This document shows positions 26,376 to 35,858 of a stretch of 64,000 nt of DNA, one piece after another. The translations under genes were made by a program, and so were the position numbers. The notes beneath the pieces were generated by a model. It did no database searches and was not told the origin of the DNA. It was given only the letters and a program-made list of their open reading frames with translations. This DNA is from a virus (taxonomy: Duplodnaviria; Caudoviricetes). The stretch is taken from IMG/VR virus record IMGVR_UViG_3300017700_000537, positions 1 through 64,000 of that record. The stretch is one strand, 5' to 3'. Position 1 is the stretch's first letter; each line of letters begins with the position of its first letter.

Positions 26376-29300
26376 TGAAAAGAGTATTTTTATTGATTTT
26401 TTTGGTGCTGTGGGGACTTGCTTCGTTTGGTCAAACAAATGAGCTTGTGGGTACGTTCTCTGTGGTTTCATCCACAGGCTCGGACCCTACTCCCACAGTA
26501 ACGGGCAACTTCAACTCCACTGCTGGCTTTTTGCCACAAAATGTCGATACTGGCGATGTAATGCTGGTCAGGCAGGTATTTGCTGGCAACCACCGGCGCA
26601 AGCTGTACCGGATTACTGGAATCACCGGCAACAGCCCGCTGGTGCTCACGATGACACTGATTGAAGGCACCACTGGCGGGCCATTTCCGGCAGGCACACA
26701 GGAAATCTTCCGCAGGACAGCCAAGGGCGCACTGCTCGACGTTCCGAACGTCTCTCAAGAGCTGGAATCCTACACCTATAACTACAATGTCCAGCATTTT
26801 GAGGATGCTGACGTTGATACTACGATAATCAGGAACGATAGCAGCTTTGTGCTTCTTAACGACGGCACAGAGTTCTATCTAGGCCCAAGTACGGCAAACG
26901 GCATCTCAGACTCCTACCAGATTGGAGATTCCATTTATGTCGTCACTGGCATGGACACCATTTTCACAGGGATCGCCTATGCGAACCCTGAAATTGATAC
27001 AATCTACAACGACGGCACCAACTACTACATGGTGACTGTCGAGGGCGATACTATCGAAATAGGGGCAGTGGCCCAGGTCGTGGCAAATGGGGCACACCCA
27101 ACTAACCCACCAGCCTACTTAATCCATATCGACACGCTCGGAACGGATACAATCTATTTCGATAATGGAGGCGTGTGGGTAAGATTCAATGTGGGGGGGA
27201 GCTCAATCGGAGCTCCACTATTTACTGCGCTCAACGCTACCCTGACATCTTTCCATCCGGCAGGGGTGCCGCCAATCGGGGCCATCATCTGGAACCCATT
27301 CCGAGGGGTGCTTATGCGGAAGTATGGTCCGGTCGGGATATTCACCATTGGAGAGCCGAACGGGAAGAACGTTTATGTCACCGAACGATACTACCAAGCA
27401 GATACATTGGATGGCTGGAACATCTCTACACATGCTTCAGCGACATTCGCCCTTGATGTGGTGAACGGCTACGCCGATGACCCGCTCGGGCTTTCTTCCT
27501 CGCAAAGAGGTGGTTCTCGGACAATGGTAGTCACCAACAGTTCCGGCAGCCCACTGACTGTGACGTTCAGCACCAAATATCGGAACACGCTCGGAACTAC
27601 GCCATTATCACCAATCACCATAACCGAAAACTCGGAACTCACACTTGACTTCACGGTGGATGTCAACGACACGGAGACGATAATGCGGCTCAGTGCGCCA
27701 TTGTCGTCCGGCAGTTCATATGCGTTCCAGAACTTGGCAAACGGGATTGACCTACTTGAATCAGGTGGAACAGTAACTGTCGCACCGAACATCACCGAGC
27801 TTGTGTACGCCGCAGTGGCTGCCGCAGACTCCGTAATGATTTGGGACAGTTCGTTGAATGCCCACAGGCGGTCCAGTGTGGCCGAGATAGTGGCCCTTGC
27901 AAGTGCAGGCACGGTGACTGTAACGAACTTGGCCAATGGATTGGACATCTTTATGACCGGAAGCGACATCACAATCGCCCCGGACTTCGGAGAGCTACCA
28001 AACGCAGCCGTGGCAAATGCTGATAGCGTAATGGTGTACGACGTGAGCGCAGCGGCTTACCGGCGGGTGTCGGCAGCCTCAATAGCCGCTCTTTTTGCTG
28101 GCAGTGGGCTTACTGGTGTCACAGACCAAGCGAATGGCCTTGACATCGCTGCTGGCGGTGGGTTGGTAACAATTGACTACGATTTCGATGAACTCCCAAC
28201 CGATGTCACATACAACGGCACGGAGCAGTTCATCTTCAAGGACCTCATAGATGGGGTCTATAAAAAAGCTACTACCTCTTTCCTTGCTGGCGGATACCTT
28301 GACCTCACAACCGACCAAACAGTAAGCGCAGGGGTGAAGAAATTCGCAGGTGGGCTACAATGGGGTACGGGCACGATGCCTACTGGCATACCGTTCGGCT
28401 CTGCCACGCAGACAGTGTTCGGATTGAAGGGAGGTTCAACGCTACCGCTATCCGAATCAGCTTGGGCGAACTACGGCGGATTGGTTATCGAGAACAACTT
28501 GGTGCCAAATACCGTCACCACAAGGTTCATCGCAACCGGAGATGACTCTGGCACCCCAGATAACTCCGTCATGTCGTTCTTCACGCGCCCAGCAGGGGCT
28601 TCACAGAACGTTGTTGAGAACTTCCGGCTGACATCGGCTGGCGCATTCTTTGGCAATTCTTCTGGGCTTTCATCTGGAACCGCTGGCGGGGTAGCGAACG
28701 TACCGATTCAAGGCATTGGATGGGATGGTGGGCAAAGTCTCTGGAGATTGGCTTCTGGCCAGCCAGGCGGGTTTCTTTTGCTGGAAAACGGCAACCTGAA
28801 TATGCAGGTGCCAGTAGGCCAGCAGACATGGCAGCCAGCTTCGGACATCAGGCTGAAGCACGACACAGTTCGGCTTGACATCACCCCGGCCAACATCCGG
28901 GACTTCAAGTCTTACACCTATAAATGGAATACCTCGGACAGTGCCACTATCGGCGTGATAGCCCAGCAGATTGAGGCTGATTTCCCGGAAATCGTTCACT
29001 TGATGGCGGGGACTGTCGATACGATGGGTGTTGATTACTATGCGCTCGCGGCAATCGCCTACGCTGCCTGTGAAGAGCTTCAGCGACAGATTGATTCGTT
29101 GTCCACCGGCAGAGGCGTTGACACCACGGCATCGGCAGGAAATCTACTGATAGATATAGAAACCAATTTCGCAAACATAACCGGCAGTACCACAACAAAT
29201 GCCATCTATACAACCGATAGAAGGGCAGGAAGCGAGGTGACACTGTTGTTTACCACAGGGACCCCAACAATCAAGCATAATACATCGGGTGGGGCAGGTA

Positions 29301-29416
29301 CGGCAGCAATGCTGTTGGCCGGAGCTGTCGATTTCACACCAAGCGGGCCATCTACCTTGACGCTCATTTATGACGGGTCAAGGTGGCATGAAAAATGTAG
29401 GTCAATCAATCATTAA
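26372..29416 (+). CDS. Tail fibre/spike-like protein with peptidase-S74 chaperone domain and N-terminal signal peptide
   Basis: SDIRLKHD...YTYKW...IGVIAQQIEADFPEIV...VDYYAL...EELQRQIDSL; three internal repeats of about 65 aa; MMKRVFLLIFLVLWGLASFG-Q. Confidence 0.75.
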   Translation: MMKRVFLLIFLVLWGLASFGQTNELVGTFSVVSSTGSDPTPTVTGNFNSTAGFLPQNVDTGDVMLVRQVFAGNHRRKLYRITGITGNSPLVLTMTLIEGTTGGPFPAGTQEIFRRTAKGALLDVPNVSQELESYTYNYNVQHFEDADVDTTIIRNDSSFVLLNDGTEFYLGPSTANGISDSYQIGDSIYVVTGMDTIFTGIAYANPEIDTIYNDGTNYYMVTVEGDTIEIGAVAQVVANGAHPTNPPAYLIHIDTLGTDTIYFDNGGVWVRFNVGGSSIGAPLFTALNATLTSFHPAGVPPIGAIIWNPFRGVLMRKYGPVGIFTIGEPNGKNVYVTERYYQADTLDGWNISTHASATFALDVVNGYADDPLGLSSSQRGGSRTMVVTNSSGSPLTVTFSTKYRNTLGTTPLSPITITENSELTLDFTVDVNDTETIMRLSAPLSSGSSYAFQNLANGIDLLESGGTVTVAPNITELVYAAVAAADSVMIWDSSLNAHRRSSVAEIVALASAGTVTVTNLANGLDIFMTGSDITIAPDFGELPNAAVANADSVMVYDVSAAAYRRVSAASIAALFAGSGLTGVTDQANGLDIAAGGGLVTIDYDFDELPTDVTYNGTEQFIFKDLIDGVYKKATTSFLAGGYLDLTTDQTVSAGVKKFAGGLQWGTGTMPTGIPFGSATQTVFGLKGGSTLPLSESAWANYGGLVIENNLVPNTVTTRFIATGDDSGTPDNSVMSFFTRPAGASQNVVENFRLTSAGAFFGNSSGLSSGTAGGVANVPIQGIGWDGGQSLWRLASGQPGGFLLLENGNLNMQVPVGQQTWQPASDIRLKHDTVRLDITPANIRDFKSYTYKWNTSDSATIGVIAQQIEADFPEIVHLMAGTVDTMGVDYYALAAIAYAACEELQRQIDSLSTGRGVDTTASAGNLLIDIETNFANITGSTTTNAIYTTDRRAGSEVTLLFTTGTPTIKHNTSGGAGTAAMLLAGAVDFTPSGPSTLTLIYDGSRWHEKCRSINH

Positions 29417-29417
29417 C

Positions 29418-30674
29418 ATGAAGAACATATTTTTAGCAATATTTTTGTTGGTTTCGGCTGTTGCTTTTGCGCAGCCAGTATCGAACACCATCACCTCCGA
29501 TGGGAGTGTGGTCACAGTTGCAACTCCTGTCAACTCGAAATCTATCCCAGTTTGTAGCTTTAACTGGATAATCGTTGATGGATACTTGCGTATCTGGATA
29601 ACAGGATCCAATGAGCAGGTCCCAGGCGGCAGACTAAAGTTCTTCACCATCAATGGGGTGACGGACAACAGTTTAAAGGCTGGTGCGCTTGGGGCTATCA
29701 CGGATGAGTGCTCGGCAGGCGGCAGCGGTGGTGGACTTGACTCATTATATTATGGCACCTCGCTGCTTGCAAATGGTGATACGATTGCTGTGAGTGGTAA
29801 CACCATTTACACTGCTTCGGATAGTGTGGCTAATAATGACCAGCAAGTTAAAATAAAAGACGACAGCACGTTTTCAATAAGTTATGGATTGCCATACGAA
29901 CAATTTTGGAATGATTACGCTAACAGCACTAGGTTTTCAGGTATGTTTAATTCGGAAGGTTATTGGGGAGCAAATGGTTTTGCGCTTTTGGAAAAAAATG
30001 GAGATTCACTAACAATTGAAAGCTACATTAATATTAAAAGTGATGGTGAGGTTTATATTTCCTCAAAAAAATCTGGAACAAATAAACAGGCGTCATTTGC
30101 ATTATCAGAAAATGGGCCAAGTTTTTCAGGGTCTAATCCAACCTATACATATAAACTTCCATCTTCGTCCCCTTCCATCACAAACCTAGCAAAATCCATA
30201 ATAACTTGGACGGGGGATGGTTCTACAACTACTCCGGCTTTTGAAGCATACTTATTTGGCACAACAACAAATGACAACGCTAGTGCTGGCTATATTGGCG
30301 AATACATTTCATCCACATTAGCTAGTGGCTCTGCCCTGTCTTTTACTACTGCCACCGCCAGGAATATTGATACGCTCGTTCTTGCGGCAGGAGATTGGGA
30401 TGTTGACGCAAACTTGATATTTGGGGAGGGTTCCGCAACTGTCACTAGCCGCAGTGCTGCAATAACCACAACCAGTGCGACACTGCCTAGTAACGGAACA
30501 GAGTGCCCGCTTGATATTCCAACCACACTTACAAGCGGCAGGAATAGTATTTCAGTCAAGACGACTAGGATTTCTATTGCAAGCACGACGAATGTCTATT
30601 TAGTGGGCAGTGCAACATTTTCGGCTGGAACTGTTTCTGGCTATGGAAGTTTTTCCGCAAGGAGAGTAAGGTAG
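29418..30674 (+). CDS. Second tail/receptor-binding-like protein with signal peptide
   Basis: MKNIFLAIFLLVSAVAFA-Q; beta-rich C-terminus ending ...GYGSFSARRVR. Confidence 0.6.
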   Translation: MKNIFLAIFLLVSAVAFAQPVSNTITSDGSVVTVATPVNSKSIPVCSFNWIIVDGYLRIWITGSNEQVPGGRLKFFTINGVTDNSLKAGALGAITDECSAGGSGGGLDSLYYGTSLLANGDTIAVSGNTIYTASDSVANNDQQVKIKDDSTFSISYGLPYEQFWNDYANSTRFSGMFNSEGYWGANGFALLEKNGDSLTIESYINIKSDGEVYISSKKSGTNKQASFALSENGPSFSGSNPTYTYKLPSSSPSITNLAKSIITWTGDGSTTTPAFEAYLFGTTTNDNASAGYIGEYISSTLASGSALSFTTATARNIDTLVLAAGDWDVDANLIFGEGSATVTSRSAAITTTSATLPSNGTECPLDIPTTLTSGRNSISVKTTRISIASTTNVYLVGSATFSAGTVSGYGSFSARRVR

Positions 30675-30711
30675 GTAATGGGACAGTATTTTAGAACAAA
30701 TTTTATAACTA

Positions 30712-31311
30712 ATGAATTTAAGGCAAAAAATCGGACTGAATATTGTCAAGGCAAGTTTTTTGAGACTAGCCTTGTCATTAGTCTGGCCAGTATTGGTCGG
30801 CGCACGGGTTTTGGTTACTATTTTTTGTATTGGGATATTACTCCTCGTTCCGGGTAAGGTGGTAGCACAAGAACCTTATTTGCCTAAGACAGAAAAAGTG
30901 CAGTACGGCTTCACGCCTGGTAAGATTATTGGGTGGGCTTCATTGGCTATTGGCGGTTTCGCAGATGGGGCATTGGAGGGTTATCAATTTGATTCAAGGA
31001 AGTCCTTTGAGCGAAAATGGAACAGTGACCCGTATGGGTTTTGGGGCAGCCAAAGCTGGCGGATGATTTATAATGAGGGCAATCCGCAGATGGGGGTTAA
31101 ATCTAAAATCCATAACTGGCTAGGGGCTGTTGATTTTTACCACGTAGCGGATGACACCCGAAAAATTGGGTACATCGGCGGTGGAATTACGCTTGGAATT
31201 TCTGGGTGTAAGGCAAACAAGAAGTGGTGGCACTGGGCGCTGGATATTGGAATATCGTCAATCATTTCATCTTCCGCCAAATCGCTTGGGATGAAATGGG
31301 TAAGGAGTTGA
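30712..31311 (+). CDS. Membrane/exported hypothetical protein
   Basis: Long hydrophobic N-terminus ending VVA-Q plus further hydrophobic helices. Confidence 0.55.
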   Translation: MNLRQKIGLNIVKASFLRLALSLVWPVLVGARVLVTIFCIGILLLVPGKVVAQEPYLPKTEKVQYGFTPGKIIGWASLAIGGFADGALEGYQFDSRKSFERKWNSDPYGFWGSQSWRMIYNEGNPQMGVKSKIHNWLGAVDFYHVADDTRKIGYIGGGITLGISGCKANKKWWHWALDIGISSIISSSAKSLGMKWVRS

Positions 31312-31334
31312 AACATTTTAAACAGCATCAAAAT

Positions 31335-31898
31335 ATGAAGAAGATTTTATTGTTCGCATTCCTAGTCACCTTCCTGGCAAACCCGTTTGCGCAGACGAAG
31401 CCATTAGTTAAGAAATCAGCGCCACAGGCTGAAAGGCCAATCCAGATTGACACCACTGCTCCAGAAGTAGTATTCGCAGACCTCTGCATCCAGCTTGAAG
31501 GAGACAGCATCTGTGTGCCGACCAATGACGCCAAGGTAGCATCTGACATCATTATCGAGTTCTATCGGAAGCATGAAGGCAATCTGCCTACTTCTGCCGG
31601 TGGATGGGTATTATTAGTGTTCGGGTTCCTGACCAGCGCGGCAGGGACGGTATTCGTTGGGAGCACAAAGAAAATCGTTGCCTTCCTAAAGCTGTTCTTG
31701 AAGAAAAAGGCCAACGTGGTTGCTTTCGTTGCAGGCATCCTAGCCCTGTTCGTCACGCTGTTGATAGGTCAGTGGAAGTTTGACGGCACCACCTTTATAG
31801 GCATCTGGGGCGTACTCTCCGCTGCATCGTGGCTGGTGTACGAGAATGTTCTTGCGAAGAAAGATACTCCGAAGGTTGACCCAGTAGCTACTGCGTAA
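31335..31898 (+). CDS. Signal-peptide membrane protein (3 C-terminal TMs)
   Basis: MKKILLFAFLVTFLANPFA-Q, a short soluble domain, then TM segments. Confidence 0.65.
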   Translation: MKKILLFAFLVTFLANPFAQTKPLVKKSAPQAERPIQIDTTAPEVVFADLCIQLEGDSICVPTNDAKVASDIIIEFYRKHEGNLPTSAGGWVLLVFGFLTSAAGTVFVGSTKKIVAFLKLFLKKKANVVAFVAGILALFVTLLIGQWKFDGTTFIGIWGVLSAASWLVYENVLAKKDTPKVDPVATA

Positions 31899-31899
31899 T

Positions 31900-33417
31900 A
31901 TGCAGATTTCGTTCAGCAAGTTGGGGAACATGGGGAGATTGGCGAACCAATGCTTCCAAGTAGCATCTATGAAAGGGCTAGCTCGCAGCAAAGGTTGTGA
32001 GCTAGCCCTTCCTGCATGGAGGTACAGCAAATACTTCGTAGGGAAACACCCAGAAGGCCATTGCCGTGGAATACAGGTAAGTGAACCAGCCTTCCACTAC
32101 TGCGGTGACTTCATCCCGAACGACGAAAGAGGGGTTGACGTGGTGGGCTACCTTCAATCACCCAAATACTGGCAGGCTATCGAACCGGAAATCAAAAAGC
32201 ATTTTGAGTGGGAGCCAAATTTCTTGGCACAAATACGTCAAAAGTACGTCCACACACTTAGTAAGCCAACCGTGGCGATACACATCCGCCGTGGAGATTA
32301 CGTTAACAACAAAGCATACGTCAACCTCCCACCACTCTACTACCTCCGGGCAATCATCGAAAAAATCCCGGACTGGCGCAACTGCCACCTGGTATTCTTC
32401 AGCGATGACCAATCGTATGCAAAAATGCACTTCGGGTGCTTTGAGAACGCACAGTTCCCGGACGGCGACGAGATGGACAACCTCTGTTTGATGACCCAGT
32501 GCGACCACTTTGTAATCGCAAACAGTAGCTACTCCTGGTGGGGAGCGTACTTAGGCGAGAAACCGCACAGTATTATCGTCCGCCCGGAACGGCACTTCTC
32601 CGGCAGCCTCGCAGGAACCTCGATAGCCGACCTATACCCTGAACATTGGACGAAGCTCAATGAGCTGAACAGAAAAATAGACCTCAACGACATCACCTTT
32701 GTGGTGCCAATGAGCTATGACCACCCGGACAGGTTTGAAAACCTTACCTTGATGGTCGGTCTTTTGAAAGCCAACTTTGACACGAAGTTCTCATTCGTCG
32801 AACAAGGAGGGAGAAAGTTGGGCGCTTTTACGCCTTGGCGGTTCTTTGAAGGGAAGCACTTTCACCGGACAAAGATGCTTAACGATGCCATCAGAGATGC
32901 CAAGACCCCGTTCGCAGCGAACTACGACAGTGATGTGGCATTGCCGCCTGCGCAGATATTCGAGGCCGTGGAAAGGCTAAGAAATGGCGCAGACATAGTG
33001 TACCCCTACACTGGAGACTTCTGGCACGTCACAAGGAATCCCGGATATGAGAACCTTAAAAACAGCATGGATGTCGGGATATTCTCGCAGCTAAGTTTCA
33101 GGAAAACAGAAAACTCAAGGGGCGGGGCGGTGTTTATGAACATCAAGTCATTCTTCAAGGCAGGCGGGGAAAACGAGAACTTTATCTCCCACGGCCCAGA
33201 AGATGCAGAAAGGTGGATTCGGTTCACAAGACTTGGCCTGGTTGTTGATTTCATAAAGGGCTGCATCCTGCACATGGAACACTGGCGGGGGAACAACTCG
33301 CATTCAATGAAGCACCCGAATGGGCAGCGAAACCAGGATGAATATCACAAGGTGATGGCGATGGACAAGGAGCAGTTAAAAGCGTACATAAAAACGTGGT
33401 CATGGGCGGCAACGTGA
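31900..33417 (+). CDS. GT11 (alpha-1,2-fucosyltransferase-type) fused to a GT-A/GT7-like glycosyltransferase domain
   Basis: MGRLANQCFQ, HIRRGDY, FVIANSSYSWWGAYL; second domain YDSDV (DxD) and GGENENFISHGPEDAE. Confidence 0.85.
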   Translation: MQISFSKLGNMGRLANQCFQVASMKGLARSKGCELALPAWRYSKYFVGKHPEGHCRGIQVSEPAFHYCGDFIPNDERGVDVVGYLQSPKYWQAIEPEIKKHFEWEPNFLAQIRQKYVHTLSKPTVAIHIRRGDYVNNKAYVNLPPLYYLRAIIEKIPDWRNCHLVFFSDDQSYAKMHFGCFENAQFPDGDEMDNLCLMTQCDHFVIANSSYSWWGAYLGEKPHSIIVRPERHFSGSLAGTSIADLYPEHWTKLNELNRKIDLNDITFVVPMSYDHPDRFENLTLMVGLLKANFDTKFSFVEQGGRKLGAFTPWRFFEGKHFHRTKMLNDAIRDAKTPFAANYDSDVALPPAQIFEAVERLRNGADIVYPYTGDFWHVTRNPGYENLKNSMDVGIFSQLSFRKTENSRGGAVFMNIKSFFKAGGENENFISHGPEDAERWIRFTRLGLVVDFIKGCILHMEHWRGNNSHSMKHPNGQRNQDEYHKVMAMDKEQLKAYIKTWSWAAT

Positions 33418-33910
33418 GGCTTGGACATAGGAGCTACGGGGAGCCGATAGTCCGTGGTGACATCTCGGACGTGATTATCGGCAAGTATTGCTCGATAGCG
33501 CAGAACGTCATTGTTGACTGTGGCTGGCACCACAACGTTGATTGGGTGACTACCTATCCGTTGAATGCAATCCTGACCAGTCTGCGACACATCACCGGCC
33601 ATCCAAAGTCAAACGGAAACATAGTCATCGGAAATGATGTTTGGATAGGTGAAGGTGCTGTCATAATGGGCGGGGTGACGATAGGGGATGGGGCTGTGGT
33701 CGGCAGCAACGCCGTGGTGACAAAGGATGTAGACCCATACGCCATAGTCGGCGGAATCCCGGCAAAAAGATAAGGATGAGGTTCGACAGCCAGACGATAG
33801 CCGAACTGATAGAAATAGCTTGGTGGGACTGGAGCGACGAGAAGGTTGTCGAAGCTGGTCCGCTTCTTCTTCAAAACGACATTAAAAAATTCATAGAAAA
33901 ATATGGTTAA
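33402..33910 (+). CDS. CatB/Vat-type hexapeptide O-acetyltransferase, split by a 1-nt frameshift at about 33764-33770
   Basis: IGKYCSIA...IGNDVWIGEGAVIMGGVTIGDGAVVGSNAVVTKDVDPYAIVGGIPAK, then in the -1 frame IRMRFDSQTIAELIEIAWWDW (33776..33910). Confidence 0.8.
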
Positions 33911-34472
33911 ACAGAAATACGCAGACATCGTGACTCCAGAGCTTCTGGAAGGCGCAATCGAGAATTTGGAATACGTTGGCTTCCGGGAAGACTACCATGT
34001 CCTCCATTGCCTGCTCAAGATTCACAAGCCGAAATCCCTATTGGAAATCGGCACGAACATGGGCCGTGGCACGAAGATAATCAAGAATGCGCTTGGTCCA
34101 GAAAGTGATGTGTACAGCCTGGATTTACCAACAGACCTTGCACACATCAGCCTGCAACATCCAATCAATGAAGGGCATGGAGATAGGGTTGGGCATCTTT
34201 GCAGCCTTCCGTTCACGCAGTTGAGGGGAGACAGCATGGAGTTTGATTTCAAGCAGTATCCTTGCGAAGCCTACTATATTGATGGCGAGCACGACTTCAG
34301 TCACCCATACCGTGAAACATCTGAAATCGTAAAGAATAAGCCACATATTATAATTTGGCACGATAGCGATATTGATGTCGTTTATAATGCAATCACCGCT
34401 GCGATGAAGGATAAGCCATACGAACTGTATCGGGTCGTTGATACTCGCATCGCATACGCAATCAGGAAATGA
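33903..34472 (+). CDS. Class I SAM-dependent methyltransferase (Methyltransf_24-like)
   Basis: LLEIGTNMGRGT, LRGDS, YYIDGEH, IIIWHD. Confidence 0.75.
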   Translation: MVKQKYADIVTPELLEGAIENLEYVGFREDYHVLHCLLKIHKPKSLLEIGTNMGRGTKIIKNALGPESDVYSLDLPTDLAHISLQHPINEGHGDRVGHLCSLPFTQLRGDSMEFDFKQYPCEAYYIDGEHDFSHPYRETSEIVKNKPHIIIWHDSDIDVVYNAITAAMKDKPYELYRVVDTRIAYAIRK

Positions 34473-35227
34473 CGGGAATCGTAATCGTAACATACAATCG
34501 TGCCGACCTGCTCCCGCTACAACTGGAAGCGATAAGGCTGTTCTGTGCGGACAAGCATGAAGTTGTCATTATCGACAACTCAACGGATGAAGAATCTTCC
34601 GCCATGATAGCGTTCATTGCCTCCGATAACAGGGTGTACAGAACGTCGTCGAACAGCAGGAACAGCAGCGACAGTCATGCTTTTGCTGCCAATTTCGCTT
34701 TCAATAAGCTGAGGAACGACTACGAGCACTTCCTGTTCTTGGACCACGATATTTTCCCTACTAAGCCATTCTCTGTGGCAGAAATGCTGCGGGACAGGTT
34801 TATTGGTGGCCTTGGGCAAATAAAGCACAAGACCTATCTTTGGCCGGGGTTTGTGTTCTGGCGGAACGACAAAATCGAATCACTTGACTTCTCCACATCA
34901 CCGGGGCTTGACACCGGCGGTAACACATGGAAAGAGGTGGAGAGGATTGGCATCGAGGGGGTTGTCTGGCAGCCGGAAGTTTACCATGAAAACCCATACT
35001 TCAAGGAACCTCCGTACAATTTCTATTCGGTCATCGGGGATGGCTGGATGCACTTCATAAACTCGTCGAATTGGAACGGACAGCCCAACCACAACGAAAG
35101 GCTGGACTCCCTGACGACGATACTAAGAGAAAAAATCAATGAAAGTATCGCTTTGCATCATAGCAACCAACAAGTACACGAAGTACCTCCCGAAACTCTT
35201 ATCGTCACTGGCGACTTTCTTCCTTAA
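34469..35227 (+). CDS. GT2-like glycosyltransferase
   Basis: IVIVTYNR, VIIDNS, FLFLDHDIF. Confidence 0.75.
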   Translation: MTGIVIVTYNRADLLPLQLEAIRLFCADKHEVVIIDNSTDEESSAMIAFIASDNRVYRTSSNSRNSSDSHAFAANFAFNKLRNDYEHFLFLDHDIFPTKPFSVAEMLRDRFIGGLGQIKHKTYLWPGFVFWRNDKIESLDFSTSPGLDTGGNTWKEVERIGIEGVVWQPEVYHENPYFKEPPYNFYSVIGDGWMHFINSSNWNGQPNHNERLDSLTTILREKINESIALHHSNQQVHEVPPETLIVTGDFLP

Positions 35228-35858
35228 CGGCCATGATGTGGAATACTGCATCTTCACGGATAAAACAGCCGACGTGTTCAAAGAAAACAAGCGCCACAAG
35301 GACAAGCCGAAGATATTCAACGTCCCGCACTTGCCCTGGCCGAACTCTACCCTGAAACGGTTTCACTTTTTCAACGAAAATAAAGAATACATCACCGGAG
35401 ACTACGTGTTCTACATAGATGCCGACACAAGGCTCGTGGACTACGTGGGCGACGAAATCCTTTCCGACTTGGTGGCAGTCCAGCACTGCGGGTATGTCGG
35501 CGAACGTGGCACCTACGAAACGAGAGAGCTTTCGATGGCCTATATAGCCCCGAATGAGGGTAAGATGTATTTCGGTGGCGGATTCCTTGGCGGGAAGGCA
35601 GAGAATTTCTGGCAGGCATCCGAGACGATGGCCAATTCGATAGACGTGGATGCCCACAATGGCATTACTGCCATTTACCATGACGAAAGCCATTGGAACC
35701 GATACTTGGTTGACAATCCGCCAACAAAAGTGCTGTCGCCAAGCTACCACTTCCCGGAAAACCATCCGCACATTTATTCGAAATGGCAGAAGGCCGGGGT
35801 GTCCTACAAGCCAAAGATTCTTCTCTTGAAGAAGGACCACAAAGAAATGAGAAAATGA
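35139..35858 (+). CDS. GT6 (ABO/alpha-1,3-Gal/GalNAc transferase-type) glycosyltransferase
   Basis: IIATNKY, IFTD, LPWP..TLKRF, YIDAD (DxD), YFGGGFLGG, YHDESHWNRY. Confidence 0.85.
   Translation: MKVSLCIIATNKYTKYLPKLLSSLATFFLNGHDVEYCIFTDKTADVFKENKRHKDKPKIFNVPHLPWPNSTLKRFHFFNENKEYITGDYVFYIDADTRLVDYVGDEILSDLVAVQHCGYVGERGTYETRELSMAYIAPNEGKMYFGGGFLGGKAENFWQASETMANSIDVDAHNGITAIYHDESHWNRYLVDNPPTKVLSPSYHFPENHPHIYSKWQKAGVSYKPKILLLKKDHKEMRK

Noticed and set aside
26372-30674. DGR or shufflon diversifying the tail genes
   Set aside because: No reverse transcriptase, template/variable repeat pair or inverted tail cassettes seen
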